The position numbers and the translations under genes were made by a program. Below are positions 12,148 through 25,440 of a DNA stretch of 64,000 nt, piece by piece. This stretch comes from the human T2T-CHM13v2.0 reference genome, Homo sapiens: the NCBI RefSeq assembly GCF_009914755.1, contig NC_060931.1. One strand, 5' to 3'. The notes under the pieces are model-generated. The model did not search any database. It worked only from the letters and a program-made list of their open reading frames with translations, and was not told where the DNA came from. Numbering within the stretch: position 1 is the stretch's first letter; every line of letters begins with the position of its first letter.

Positions 12148-13058
12148 TTTATTGTAGTAAAGTATACATAGCATAAAACTTGCCATTTTAGCTACTTTTA
12201 AGTGTAAAGTTCAGTGTCATTAAGTACATTCACACTGCTATGTAACTATTACCACCATCTATCTTCAAAACTATTTTATTTATTTATTTTTGAAACGGAG
12301 TCTCACTCTGTCGCCCAGGCTGGAGTGCAATGGTGTGATCTTGGCTCACTGAAACCTCTGCCTCCCATGTTCAAGTGATTCTCTTACCTCAGCCTCCCAA
12401 GTAGCTGGGACTACAGGCATGCGCCACCACGCCTGGCTAATTTTTGTGTTTTTAGTAGAGATGGGATTTCATCATGTTGGCCAGGCTGGTCTCGAACTCC
12501 TGACCTCAAGTGATCCACCCATCTCGGCCTCCCAAAGTGTTGTGATTACAGGCATGAGCCACCGCACCCAGTCCCCAGAACTATTTTATCTTCCCAAACT
12601 GCAACTCTGAATCCATTAAACAACAACTCCCCATTCTTCCCTTCCCCTAGCCTCTGGCTACCATCATTATGCTTCCTATCTCTAGGAGTTTGACAACTCT
12701 AGGAACCTCATATGAGTGGAATCACACAGTATTTGTCCTTCTGTATCTGACTTATTTCACTTAGCATATGTCTTCAAGGTTCATCCATGTTGTAGCACGT
12801 ATCGGCATTTCCTTTCTTTTTAAGACTGAATATTATTCCATTATATTATATGGATAGACCACATTTATTTATCCATTCATCTGTTGATGGACATTTGGGT
12901 TGCTTCCATCTTTTGGCTTTTGCGAGTAATTCTACTATGAATATGGTTGTACATCTGTTTGAGCTCCTGCTTTCAATTCTTTCGGGCATTACCCAGAAGT
13001 GTAACCGCTGGATCATATAGTAATTCTATGTTTAATTTTTTGAGGAACCATCATACTG
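12148..13058 (-). mobile_element. L1MB 3' end (interrupted by Alu)
   Basis: 'cattaagtacattcacactgctatgtaactattaccaccatc', 'gagtggaatcacacagtatttgtcc', 'ttcaaggttcatccatgttgtagca', 'tccattcatctgttgatggacatttgggttg'. Confidence 0.92.
12280..12574 (-). mobile_element. AluSx-like, inserted in L1MB
   Basis: Full dimer. TSD 'ca(a/g)aactattttat' at ~12266-12279 and ~12576-12589. Confidence 0.97.
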
Positions 13059-14059
13059 CCACCATCTGTTCTTACATTTCAATTAGTAATGCCTGTTTGA
13101 AAAACTTTATAGAGAAGTTGAAGGGTCACAAAGAGATAAAGGTTGAAGAAATTCAAGTTGAAGTCATCCAGGTATGGCCTGGGCCTGGCCAGGGGCACAT
13201 GGCAAATTGCCCTCACCTCCTGCTGCCCAGGCTGTGGCTGGCAGGCTGTCTTGCTCAGCAGAGCACCAGGGTGGAGGAGCAATAGCTTGAATCCATCCCC
13301 TTTGCCACTCGTCTGGTGTGGTCCCTGGGCCAGGACCAGTGCTCTAGTGGGGAAGAACATTCTCACTCATCAGCAGCAATGTTTACCTGGGCAGGGCGAT
13401 GGCTCAGATGCCACCCTCCAGAATGCAGACCCCTTCGTGGGAAAGGCGGGGCTGGGTATGGGGAGGGAACAATGGGGAGGAATGGGCAGACATGGTGGGA
13501 GGAAGCCATTCACATTTTGGTTATGACATACTGGTGTCTAGACTTTGTCATATGGAGCAAATGACAGGATATTTGGATAGAAACTCAGCTTTCAAATAAT
13601 GCGCTAACAAGAAAGAAACGCATTGCCTTTCTTTGTTCCCCAAAGCTCTGGCAGCTGGCGAGATCAGAGCTAGCCTGCCAGAGCACAAAGCTTTAGACTC
13701 CTTGTCCTCTCTGCACTGGGGCAGTGGTTTCATGTCAGCTCACAGACATTAAGAGGTTGCGCTGCCTGGATGCAGCCCAGCCCAGGGCATTGTTGACATC
13801 TGAGAGTGGCAGCCAGCTCGACAGGCTCTTCCTTTCTCCATAAAGTCATTGAGAAGTCACTGGACTTAAAAGGGCCCACAGAGGGTCATTTAGCCCCCTT
13901 TCTGCCTGGACTGGACATTAGCAAAACCATCCAAAACTATCAGGAATTTTCCTTATCACCAAAAATACCCATTCCGTGGTCTTGCTCAGGGGATGTGGAG
14001 AATGACGGTTCCTTTTTCTCACTATGTTCGTAGTTTCATCCTGTGGTTGAGCTAAGTGG

Positions 14060-14255
14060 GCTCTAGGATGGGAAAAACCCAGTTTGACTCCTAGGGCTGA
14101 TACTTCTAGTGTGTGAATTTAGGAAAATTATTACAATAACTACATCGCTTAATCCTCATATTCTTCATCTGTTAACTGGAGAAAACAGGAATGCATGCCT
14201 TATCTCAGTTAATAATATCAGGAGCCTGGCACCTAAAAGCACAATGTAAGCTCTC
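14060..14255 (+). mobile_element. MIR
   Basis: 'ctagtgtgtgaatttaggaaaattatt...cctcatattcttcatctgttaactggag'. Confidence 0.6.
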
Positions 14256-14614
14256 AGGGTTATTGTCCCATGCCAATGGAGATGTCCCCCTCCCTGGGGA
14301 AGACTGCACCAAACTCTCCCTGACAGACGTCCATCCTCGTGAATGCCCTTCCTACCAGGGCTCCTGAGAGCTGGATTTGGGCATTTCTGGGATAGCAATG
14401 GCTTCTCACCAAATTTGAAGGTTTAGGAAACAAACTTAAGGGCTCATCTCATTGAAGTCTATGTCTGGTTCATTTAACTGCTCCTTCAATAAGCTGAGAG
14501 AGCTCAGCAGTGAGTCCATAAAAAGCACTAGTGAATAATGGTCCCTTGAGTACACTGCAGAAGGTGTCCCTTCAGGGGTTTCCATGCCCTGCTCCCCCGG
14601 TCTTTCCTACGGCC

Positions 14615-14615
14615 C

Positions 14616-14652
<37 letters not shown>

Positions 14653-14676
14653 CGTGCGCGCGCGCGCGCATGCATG
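14615..14676. repeat. (TG)n-(CG)6 alternating purine/pyrimidine tract
   Basis: 62 bp of uninterrupted Y/R alternation, including (CG)6 at 14657-14668. Confidence 0.95.
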
Positions 14677-14689
14677 GGGCAAGAGTGTG

Positions 14690-14850
14690 ATGGTGAGTGG
14701 GGTTAGGCTGAAAGTCAGAAAACTGGATTCTATGCTCACCTCTGTCTTCAGCAAGACCCTCCCCCTTTGGGGGCTCAGTTTCCTCATCTCTAAAATAAAA
14801 GTTGTACAGTTTCATTTCTGGAATGACCTGTGGTTCAATGGATCCATCAT
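14690..14850 (+). mobile_element. MIR
   Basis: 'agtcagaaaactggattct...ggctcagtttcctcatctctaaaata'. Confidence 0.7.
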
Positions 14851-15540
14851 TCCGGAACTGTGGCTGATGAATAGGAAAACCAGAAAAGAAAAGGAAGGCA
14901 TTTTTACATGAGGCAGAGGGGAGAAGTGAAGTGCAAATCCAGGGCTCCTGATACCCAGGGCACACAAGAGGAGATTCAGAGAGAGAAGACAGGCATCAGC
15001 AAGTAAATCTTTCCTCTGCCAAGTGCTCTTAGATAGAAACCCAGATCCCTGAGGAAATTATTGAAACTCAATTCCTTTGAGAACGTTAAAAAGTGAGCTA
15101 GCAAAGCACATTGTGAAGAGGAAATCTGGGTGTCCTGCCCCCTCTGCTTTCATGTCGCTAACCACAGGAGATGGGGCTCCTTCACCTTCACAGTCCCTGG
15201 GGTGCCTTCCTATCTTTCAGGGAGCTTGGGGACTCCTCCAGAGAAACAGTAAGATGAGTTACAAGCCGTGAACCTGTCTCAGTAGGACTGTCTAGTTACA
15301 GGGAGCTCCATATTAAGAGAAATTGGAAGAAACCTGTAATCCAATCATGAAGCCGGGGATGGTGGTGAGTTACCTCCTGAAACACACACAGTACATTCAG
15401 AGCTCCAAAAACATTGTGCAGGAGCCAGAGGTGAGAGCCTCAGTTCTTTCCTCACTTCCAGGACCAAGAGGGTCTGTCTTTAGGGTAATAGACCCTGTGC
15501 TTTCTGAGTCTTGATTTTCCTACCATTAAAAAAAGAGAGA

Positions 15541-15830
15541 GGCTAGGCATGGTGGCTCCCACCTATAATCCCAACGCTTTGGGAGGCTGAGGCAGGCGGA
15601 TCACAAGGTCAGGAGTTTGAGACCAGCCTGGCCAACATGGTGAAACCCCATCTCTACTAAAAATACAAAAATTAGCTGAGTGTGGTGGCGGGTGCCTGTA
15701 ACCCCAGCTACTCAGGAGGCTGAGGCAGGGGAATTGCTTGAACTCAGGATGCGGAGGCTGCAGTGAGCCGAGATTGTGTGACTGCACTCCAGCCTGGGCA
15801 ACAGAGCAAGATTCTGTCTCAATTAAAAAA
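15541..15830 (+). mobile_element. AluS (Sg-like)
   Basis: 'ggatcacaaggtcaggagtttgagaccagcctggccaacatgg', flanked by 'aaaaaaagagaga' on both sides. Confidence 0.96.
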
Positions 15831-16048
15831 AAAAGAGAGAGAGAATTAAATAAGAAGTATTTCTTTCTCTTGGCTACCTCAAAGTAGGGGCTTTTGGGAA
15901 ATCAAAAGTAACTATTTGGGAAGAAGAGGAATGACTGATGTTGCAGAAAAGACATTCCAGCAAAGGGCCATTTAAATTTTCCTTGGAAATATTAGTTGAA
16001 AGAATAATTGACATCTGCTGTTGGAATATGATGATGAGAGCTTTAATC

Positions 16049-16367
16049 TTTTTTAATTATTTAAAAAAACTTTTTTGAGACAGTGCCTTGCTCTGTTGTC
16101 CAGGCTGGAGTGCAGTAGTGCAATCATAGCTCATTGCAGCTTCAAACTCTTGGGATTAAGTGATCCTCCCACCTCAGCCTCCTGAGTAGCTGGAACCACA
16201 GACACTTGCCACCATCCCTAGCTAATTTTTTTGTTGTTGTTATTTTTGTAGAGACAGGTTCTCGCTATGTTGTCCAGGCTAGTCTCAAACTCCTGTGGCT
16301 TAAGTGATCCTCCAGCCTCAGTCTCCCAAAGTGCTTGGATTACAGGCATGAGCCACTGTACCTAGCT
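16049..16367 (-). mobile_element. AluJ
   Basis: J-type text 'caatcatagctcattgcagcttcaaactc', 'ctcgctatgttgtccaggct'. TSD 'g(a/g)tgagagctt'. Confidence 0.95.
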
Positions 16368-19083
16368 GGTGAGAGCTTCAAATAAGCTAAGAAAGAGATA
16401 TCTAAGATTACCTGGAAATGAAACTCTTGCTAAACATGGGCTCTACATGTGGATATAGAGCAAGTGCAAGTTGCAAATCATTAACTACATTGGCTATGTT
16501 CAAGGAATAGAAGTGAAAATGCTCAGCTGAGTAGCCCTGGGCTGGGCTGTGGTGGCCACACAGATCCCTTGCCTAGATCCAGAGCCTGCTAAGGATGGTG
16601 GCCTAGCAGCTCTGTCATGGACTATGACCAAAGAAGTATTTCCAAAGGATCACCATACACTGAACTCTTCAGGCATGACAGCAAGTGGGCAGCGTACCAC
16701 CCTCAAAAAGGATACACACTCGGGAGTGAGGTGGCAGGGAAGGAGGGAGATACAGAAGGAACTGCCATGGAGCCTGGAAGAAGAAAGGGGGGGTGAAGGT
16801 ATTGGGAAGAAAGGATGAAGGATGCAGGTGAGGGGTGGGGTGGGGAGCGGGGGATGAACGCAACACACAGGAAGACCAAGAAACCCGGAAGAATCACGAG
16901 TACAGAATAAAACCAATAATAAGTCCCCCTCTCATGCAGGGGACATCATTAGAGATGCCACGGTCCAGAGGAAGGACACATCGGCTGATACAGCTGACCA
17001 CAGGTTGGAGCAGTGCATCTCTGGGGAACATCCATGAAGACCAACAGAGAATGAGAAGGACAGAGCAGCAAAGGGCACCTGCAGGGATGGAACAGCCACC
17101 AGGAGCCAGATGCTTTAACTGAACTGACTTGAGTTGAACCCTCACAACAGACCCGCCATGCAGGTACTTATTAGATAAGAGAGCCGAGGACCAGGAAGGC
17201 CAAATAGCTGGCCCAGGTTCCCCCAGGTGCCAGCGGTAGGACTGCAATTCTGCTCGTCGAAGCCCTCTCTCTTCCAACTGTGACACTTTTCTCTTAATGC
17301 TCCAGGCCTGACGGAGGGCAGAGATCACAGGGGGTGTAGAAAGGAGCTTTTTGTGATGACATAGAAAATACCCACGCACCATGGGGGCAGTTGGCAAGAG
17401 AGGAGAATGTCTTGGAAATGGGCTGGACAGCAGGGTGTTGATTGGGGCCAATGTCAATGCTGGGCGTGATCAAAGGAGGGGCAGTGTCGCCTCCATAAGA
17501 AGGGAGAACGAAGGGCATTTAGAGGGAGTGGAACAGCAGCTTATTTGAGTATTCTATTCTGCTTAGTGTTTTTCCTTTAGGTTAACTATTTGATCAACTA
17601 CTAAGGTATGAGAGAAAAGAAAAGCAACAAGGAGACATGGGGGAAGAGAGCTGGATGGGGAGGGACGCGGCTGCACCCACACAGATCCTGGCTCCCTGTC
17701 GCTCTCCTTCCTGCCAGCAGCTCCTGGGCCTGCCAGGCATCCAGGGAAGCAGCTGTCTGAGCCTAAGCCCAGCTGGCAGGAACCCCCACTGACCTGGGGA
17801 CCAGAGGAGGAGGTGGGCTGTGGTCTCTCCTGTCACCCTCTGTCTGCCCAGGCTGACACCTGGAGTGTCTAGAGTGGGGCCCTCAGCTGCCTGCGCTGCG
17901 GCTCACAGCACCTGATGGACACACAGGTGTGGCGCGTCCTGCTGGGCTCAAAGACACCTGCTCTGGGCACCATGCCCGTCCCCATCAACAGTTGTAGATG
18001 AGGCTGGAGCTGAGAAGAACTGACAAGCAGACGTCTGCTGAGGAGCTGGGCCCCGCCCTGAAGGAAGACAGCCCAGCCCTCCCAAAGCACATGGTTGCCA
18101 GGTGAAATTTGCAGTCACCAGCCGCCAGCCATGTGGTGACATTGGATTTCAGGCAATGACCTTGGGAACCCACATTGCATCTGCAGCAGGTGTCTGCATT
18201 CACCTCACATAGCACTCTGAAAATGTTTGCCGCTGTCAGCACCACCTGAAGGGGCTTCCCCTGCAGTCCTCTTTTCCATCCACCCTCCCCTAATTCAGAC
18301 CATGCCATTTCTCTATCCTGCCGCACACCTCCACATTTGAGTTTTCCTGCTTGGATCTGCCTGGCCTGATGTGTCTGGCTGCTCAGAGCCCAGAGCCTCT
18401 CCCAGCCCTTTCACAGAAGATGAGAGAATCCCTAACGCCTCTGCCATTTGACCAAGACAGCTCCTTTCAACTTCCTCTTCCCCTCGGGCAAAATCAGCAG
18501 CAGAGACAGGACTAAGCTGAGTGGCCTAAGCCCCTCCTTTGATTCTCAGGCCCCCAGAGCCACCCAGGTGCCAGAAACCTGCTAAGACGTATCACCAGAC
18601 CCCTTGCTGATATCATAAGCATTTTTTCCCCTTCTCAGCAAAACTGACAGGACATGGCTTCCTGGAAAGGAGGTGAGGGGAGGAGTCCCCAAGCCTGGTG
18701 AGAACAGAGGGAGTGCTGGTCGATGGCCCCTGTTTCTCCACTGCCACCTCAAGAAGCCTTCCAAGGAGGGCAGACTAATGCTTGCACTGGCTTGGCTAAT
18801 GGAAGAAGCCAGGGGGGCTGTGTGGAAAGAATGGAAGAGCCCCCAGTGGGCATAACATACACCAAAAAGAGAGGGCACCGACCATCTGTGTTGACAGAGA
18901 AGGACATCCCTCAGTAGCCATCACCGAAAAGCAGGCACTTCATGTCTGCCCTGAAACCATCACTATGAACAAAGAGCTCATCAAAGAAAGGGAATTTTTA
19001 TAGACACCCTATAGAGGAGTGATTTTGATTCCTAATCTGTCCATTACGGCCCCCCGAGAAGTAGGTATAAAAAGATGATATGC

Positions 19084-19489
<406 letters not shown>

Positions 19490-21080
19490 TTAGCTCTGAG
19501 TGTAGAAAATCCAGGTACATTCCTCCCGAAATGCTGTTCTGGTGAGTGGATGCAGAGAGGCTGCCCACCACTGTGTTATCACAGATGCCACCCTGGCATG
19601 AGATGCAAGGGAAGTAGAGGCAGCCATCTGGGGATGGGATTACTGGGAAGCCCACAGGCCTCACAAGCCAGAGGCACCATGGTTTCTTGACTTGGACGTG
19701 GCCTCTCAAATGCTGGAGGATGTCCAGCCCACAGCCTTTGGTGATGCTCTCCTGGCCTTATTTAGAATTCTTAATGCTGGCAAACAACTTTTATAAAATT
19801 ATCCATTTGTATTTGGATGCATACATAAAAATATCCTTTATCTGTATTTGGTTAATAAAACTAGTCTTGCTCTGCCTGTATTTAGCGGTGCCAGCTCTCC
19901 TGGACTCTGTTTGTGTGCCTGTGTATGTGTGTGTGTGTTTCATTGTTTCTATTCCAATCATATCACTAATAAATGTCTATGTATAACAAACTCATGCAGA
20001 GGAGCAGTGAGCAGATTATTATCCTGCATTCTATTGACTCCTTATCACCCCTTTCCCTGCCCTGCTCAAGCCCCTAGATATTGATGGGTGTGACTGAGCT
20101 AGGCCATCCTCTGCTGTTAGGCAAAACTGTGTTCCTGTGTGGGCATACCACGTCCCAGGAGTCGACGACTCACTTTTGCCCTGAGGGTCCCCAGTGAGGA
20201 TGCACGTATGCCTATGGCAGGCAGGGAGAGCTGATGCCTGGTTGGCATGAGCACCTGAATTAGTGTTGGCCACATATGGATGGCCATGCTGGTGGGCAGA
20301 GGCAGAGGTCAGGGGGCACAAGAAGAGTGGAAAGGAGATCCCAGAGAAGAAGCACATGGAGTGGGAAAGGCACGCTTCCAGGTTAGGGCTGGTCTGCAGA
20401 CACACATGCCCCGTGGTTGGGCTGGGGAGACGGGTTGGGGTGGAGAGGGAAATGGGGGTGGGGAGTAACACGTGCAAAGGTGGAAATCATGAACCAGGTT
20501 TTAAGTCCTTTGGCTCCGTGTTATGTATACAGAAGGCACAGAGAAAAGAATATGGGAAGTTAAGACTGGGCTGTTTGGGTGGGCAAGGAAGGAGCTTACC
20601 AAAAACTGTCCCAGGAGACCCTCTGAGATGGCCCAAGACCCTCAAAGAAAGTGGCCCACCATCCTCAGCTACCTCTTCTCTAACTTTCAGGATCTTACAG
20701 CTATTCCTGTATCTCCCTAATCTCAAATCACTTCTTGTGAGAGTTTCCTGCCAATGATGTCAGTACCGCTTAGATGTAGGAGCATATTTCTGGACACAGT
20801 TCCCTGAATAAAGACTTGGGATAGAAAATTAATCCTCCCCCTAGGAGTTCATAAAACTGGGGCACCGAGGGGACTGATGGCTAAAACCAAAGTTGCAGTG
20901 AGCCTGGAAGGGAAGCAGCCACTTGGGAGGGAGCCTTAAACTCGAGTGGGGACGGAGACAGTGGCCAAAGATGTTCACAGCCGTCCTTGAAAGGGATGAA
21001 TTAAAGAGAAGGCATCAAGGACAGTAACTCCTTTATCAAAGCCCATGGCTGGGCCTCTCTGATCAGCCCCTGCCTCCTGA

Positions 21081-21118
21081 CACACAAACACACACACATA
21101 CACACACTCACACACACA
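21081..21118. repeat. Imperfect (CA)n
   Basis: cacacaaacacacacacatacacacactcacacacaca. Confidence 0.85.
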
Positions 21119-21994
21119 GTCTAGACCACACCTAGCCACTGAAGAGTGCTTTAATCCATGAAAACACACTGAGAAATAACTCTGGGGAAACTTGATTGGG
21201 AAGGTAAGCCTGATGTGAAAAACTGCAATCATGCATCCAAAGCCAAAAAGACATGATCTTTTGATTATCTGTGCCACTACTCTGATTAATGATTGTTGGC
21301 CATCGCCTCTAGATTGACACCTGCATTATTTTTGTCCCAGCCTGGCTTATCTCCTATCAGTCAACGCATCACCCACACTCCCACCAGCTGTACTCAAGGT
21401 GGTCAGGCACATGAGAATGCTTTGGGAAAGATTTACATCACGTGACCTGTCATGTGGCACTACATTAGGGCTGCAGGACCAGCTATTGAGCAAAGGTATC
21501 ACCCCTTCCAGCAATGAGCTTCAATTTTCCAATCCAAAAGAAGCAGAAACAAATGGCTAAAACCAAGTCAGAGATGATAACCTTGAGTGGCTCTGCTGTT
21601 TTGATGTTTACATTTTCCCAGAATAAACTGTATACCATTCAGTATCACCACACAGATCACACACGTGGCGTGGCCTGGGCCCTGTTTACTCAAGCAGTTT
21701 CTTCTTCATTGAAGGAGTCCCTCCTGTTCCTTTAGGATTTGTGGATGACAGTCCTCTGAAGGAGGTCAGGTAGATCTATGCAGATCCTTCCTCCCAGTGG
21801 CATCAGCTCAGCTACTGCACCACAGCCTTCAGGCAGGAGTGGAAGCCCCCACACCAAGCAACGTGTCCTCTCTATCTTCATTACCTCCAAGGTCTGATGT
21901 TACTCACCCTCTCCCACACCTCACACACTGGAAACCAGCATGATGCATTAGAGAGATGAAGCCTTTTAGAATCAAACAAAATAGAACAAAGGTT

Positions 21995-22170
21995 CAATTC
22001 TCCAGCACCTAGTAGTGTCTGACATAAAATAGGTACTGCATAAACATCAATACAAGATATTCTGGCTCTGTCACTCACCAACAGTATAATTTTGTGCAAC
22101 ATCTGGAAGCCTCAACTTTCTCACCTATAAATAAGGAAAGTTGAGAGGCTTAAAGAAGATAATCTTTGTC
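21995..22170 (+). mobile_element. L2 tail followed by MIR fragment
   Basis: 'ccagcacctagtagtgtctgacataaaatagg', then 'ctggctctgtcactcacc...cctcaactttctcacctataaataagg'. Confidence 0.55.
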
Positions 22171-22281
22171 CGTGGGTTCAGCAGAGGGCCTGGCGTGGAG
22201 AGCATGGAAGTGCCTTGAAAATTGGCATTTCTCCAGCATTTATTAACAAAACCATAAAATAATTTAATGCTATGCCAACTA

Positions 22282-22520
22282 TATAATGCCAAACATTTAT
22301 TACTTACTATGTGCCAGGCACTTTTCTGAGGGCTTACCATCCATTATCCCTTTTAATCTTCAAAATACTATGTCGTTGGTAAATATCATTATTCCCATTT
22401 TGCACGGGCACTAATTCCAAGCTTTGAGATGGCCAGGGCATGATGTGGTCAGGCAGTAGAAGTAATGATAAAACCAGTAGAGCAGGCAAGACAAGCCCTG
22501 GCTGCCCATGAGTCTCTAGC
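22282..22520 (-). mobile_element. MIR
   Basis: 'aacatttattacttactatgtgccaggcac...tatcattattcccattttgca'. Confidence 0.8.
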
Positions 22521-24729
22521 TGAACTTCATTGCTAAGTTCACCTTTAGCCCCAGCAACCAGGGATGCCAAGTACACCTTTCCCCAGAGGACTCAGTCTTG
22601 CAATGTTCTCTCCAAGGTCTGGAGAAGTCAAGAGGAAGGGAAGGAAAGGAAGAGGCTTCCAGGTCTTAGTGCCTCATGCCCTAAGATTCTATGATTGGTG
22701 CCAGGCCTCCGTAGCTCTGGATGTGCATAGGTTAGTGAAACCAGCAGAGTGGCAGCTGGAAAGGTTCGATTTTGTGTGTCTGGCCATCAGCTCCTCCTGG
22801 ACTAAGGGCTGTAGATGTACACATTTTTCTGGCTTGTCTTATTTTCCACTGGAAATCCAGATCCCATCAATGCTCTAAAGCTGGGGAGTCTACTGAAGTT
22901 ACTATGTTCAAACTTTAAAACAAATACACTTGAAACCCCTGGGCCTTCACTGTGAGGAAACAGCTCTTGGATGGTTTGGCTACTAATTTTTGGCTTTTTA
23001 GCAGTGGCTTTAAATAATGAGGTGCCCATGGAAATGCAGGGGTGGAGGAGGAGCAATACAGTGACAACAAAAGAGAGAAATCTGGGAAAATGGGAAACTT
23101 TCATGGGAGATAAGAAATCTTACCGCCCTTATTAGGTTTTCTGTTCTATCAGGGAGGTCTCCTGGCTTTAATAAAATCTCATTTTCCCTTTAAACTCTCC
23201 CATGTGGTAGGGCCTTGGATTTAATAGGGATATATAAGAGAGGATTCCAACCTGAGGCTCAGGTGGCCGGGGGCTCCCCACACTCCAGTCCAGCAGCTGG
23301 GATTGATTGCAGAGCTGCCAGTCCAGCAACACACAAGTTGCTGCACATCAGAGAGTAATCATGAGCCATTTGATGCTGACCTGCACCAAGTGAAGATGGC
23401 AGCTTTGCTCCCGTTCATTCCCATTTGGACAGAGAAGCTCATCCTGGTCTTTATTAAAAGTGGACCAAAGGAGTAAGTGATGAGTCACAATATGTGATTG
23501 ATTAGGGGCATCTGCATTTGAAAGCCTCCGTGGCCTTCATCCATGCCTAACTCCTTAAGGTTCCCATTAGCACTGGGAGATTGTGTTCATTAGGAGCCGC
23601 TGATGTTGATAAATTCATCTTTCCTGTCACATGCAATTCTATCCAGGGTCTGGCTCTCAGTTCTGAGGGGCTGATCCACCTTGCCTTAATACCACACGAC
23701 AGGCTCCTTCACAAAACAAGCAGGGTGTCAAAGGCTAGCTGTTGGGAGATGCCAGGCCTACACCAGCAAAGGCTGGAGGGAAGGAAAGGGTGAGCAGCTG
23801 GTAATTAGAAGCTACTGGTGGGTATCAGAATGCATCCATCAGATGTCTGCAGAGAGGAACACACCCAGAGTATCTGTGGGTCCCAGGAGCTGGTGTAGGT
23901 TCTGGGCTATTCTTTCACGATTGCCAAAGAGTCACCACTTGTTGAACCCTCGAATGCTAACAACAGTTTCTAGCTCTACCAAACTCCTGTTTTGCCAGCT
24001 TTGCCCCCAAGAAAACAGAAAAGTCATGACTAGCAAAATGAATCAGTGTGAGGCACTTGCACCAACAGAGAGCATATAATTTTTATCTAGCAATTTCACT
24101 ATCAACTCCAACAAATTCACTCTTAAAGCCAGAAAAGCATTCCAGCTTTCTGCAGGGAAAATGTATGTGAGGGGTAAGCCACCCAGAGTCAGTTACAACT
24201 ACCCTGTCTGCTGTGGGACAAGCTCTCTGTGTGTTCTTTTCAAGGTGTCAGAGAGGTCTGATGGACAATGTGCACAAGTCTGTGTGTGAGAAGACCAAGA
24301 AAGGCGAGGCTGTCCCCGCCCTCTGCATTCTCATCCTGGATAACCCAAGCTCATGTTAGTAAGGCCTCTGAGGCTGATGTCCCCATTTCATCTATGTGCC
24401 TTTTTCCAAGACAGACACTTTAGCTGGGATTTTGAGTCCTACTAGTAGAGGCTTGGGCAAGGCCAGAGTAGGAAAGAAACCTGGTGGGGCAGAGACTGAT
24501 CGGGCTTTCCAGGCCCACATGGCCAGTGCTTACACATCTTCCATGTCATCTTGGTCCTTCCCCTTAACTCCATCCCGCCCCCCCCACGCCCCAGCCCTCA
24601 AAACAATTTGGGACAACATCATTAAATTCACACAAACTTCTTCCTTAGGATCCAGAAACCCGGTTGTCCCCCAAGAGGTAGAAAAGGCTCAAGAATAATG
24701 CCACATGGACTTGGCTCCCCAGCCCCAGT

Positions 24730-25150
24730 TCCACTCATCAAAAGCAAATACCATGTGCATGTTCTGTGTGTGGCACTGGAGACCCAAAGACAAACTGTTG
24801 ATGTTCCTGCCCTAAAGGGTCTCATGCAGCACTCAGTAAGAAAGACAGGCAGTTGATTAAATAACCACAGCACAGTGTGATCCATGCCAACATGGACATG
24901 CTAGAGGACCCAGTAGCAGTCCAGGAAAGGGAGTGATTCTGTCTACTTGGGGAAGAGGAGGACAGGAAGGACAGATCAAAAAAGGCTTACTGAAACAGGT
25001 GACATCTGATCTGAGAAAGAGCTCCTAGAGCAGTCAAAATGGTGGGGAAGACACTGTAGGCAGAGCTACATGTGTTCAGTCAGCAGGGTGGGAAACAGCA
25101 TGGCATGTGGGGGAACAAAGCACAAGTGGGGACTGCCAGCATGAAGAACT
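24730..25150 (-). mobile_element. L2
   Basis: 'gcactggagacccaaaga...cctgccctaaagggtctca', 'aggtgacatctgatctgag', 'aacagcatggcatgtg'. Confidence 0.7.
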
Positions 25151-25249
25151 AAGTGAGGGAGAGCTTATGTGGAATTTAGAAAGGAAAAAGGCAAATAGGA
25201 GCCAAGGAGAGCAAGAAGCAATATTTCCTTCCACTCCAGCCAGTCCCTT

Positions 25250-25440
25250 ATGTGAACAGAAAAGAGCAGACAGTAGAGTTTGAGTCCCAACGCCACTGGC
25301 ATGACCTTAGACCAATGCCTTCACTTCAAGGGTCTCAGCTTCCCCATCTGCAAATTTGGAACAGCCCCACCTGTAGCATCTGCCCCATGGTGTTGTTGTG
25401 AGAATCAAATTTTGATAAGGTTCTTGAAGTGTTGCTACTC
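25250..25440 (+). mobile_element. MIR
   Basis: 'atgaccttagaccaatgccttcacttc...tctcagcttccccatctgcaaatttgg...tgttgttgtgagaatcaaat'. Confidence 0.7.
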
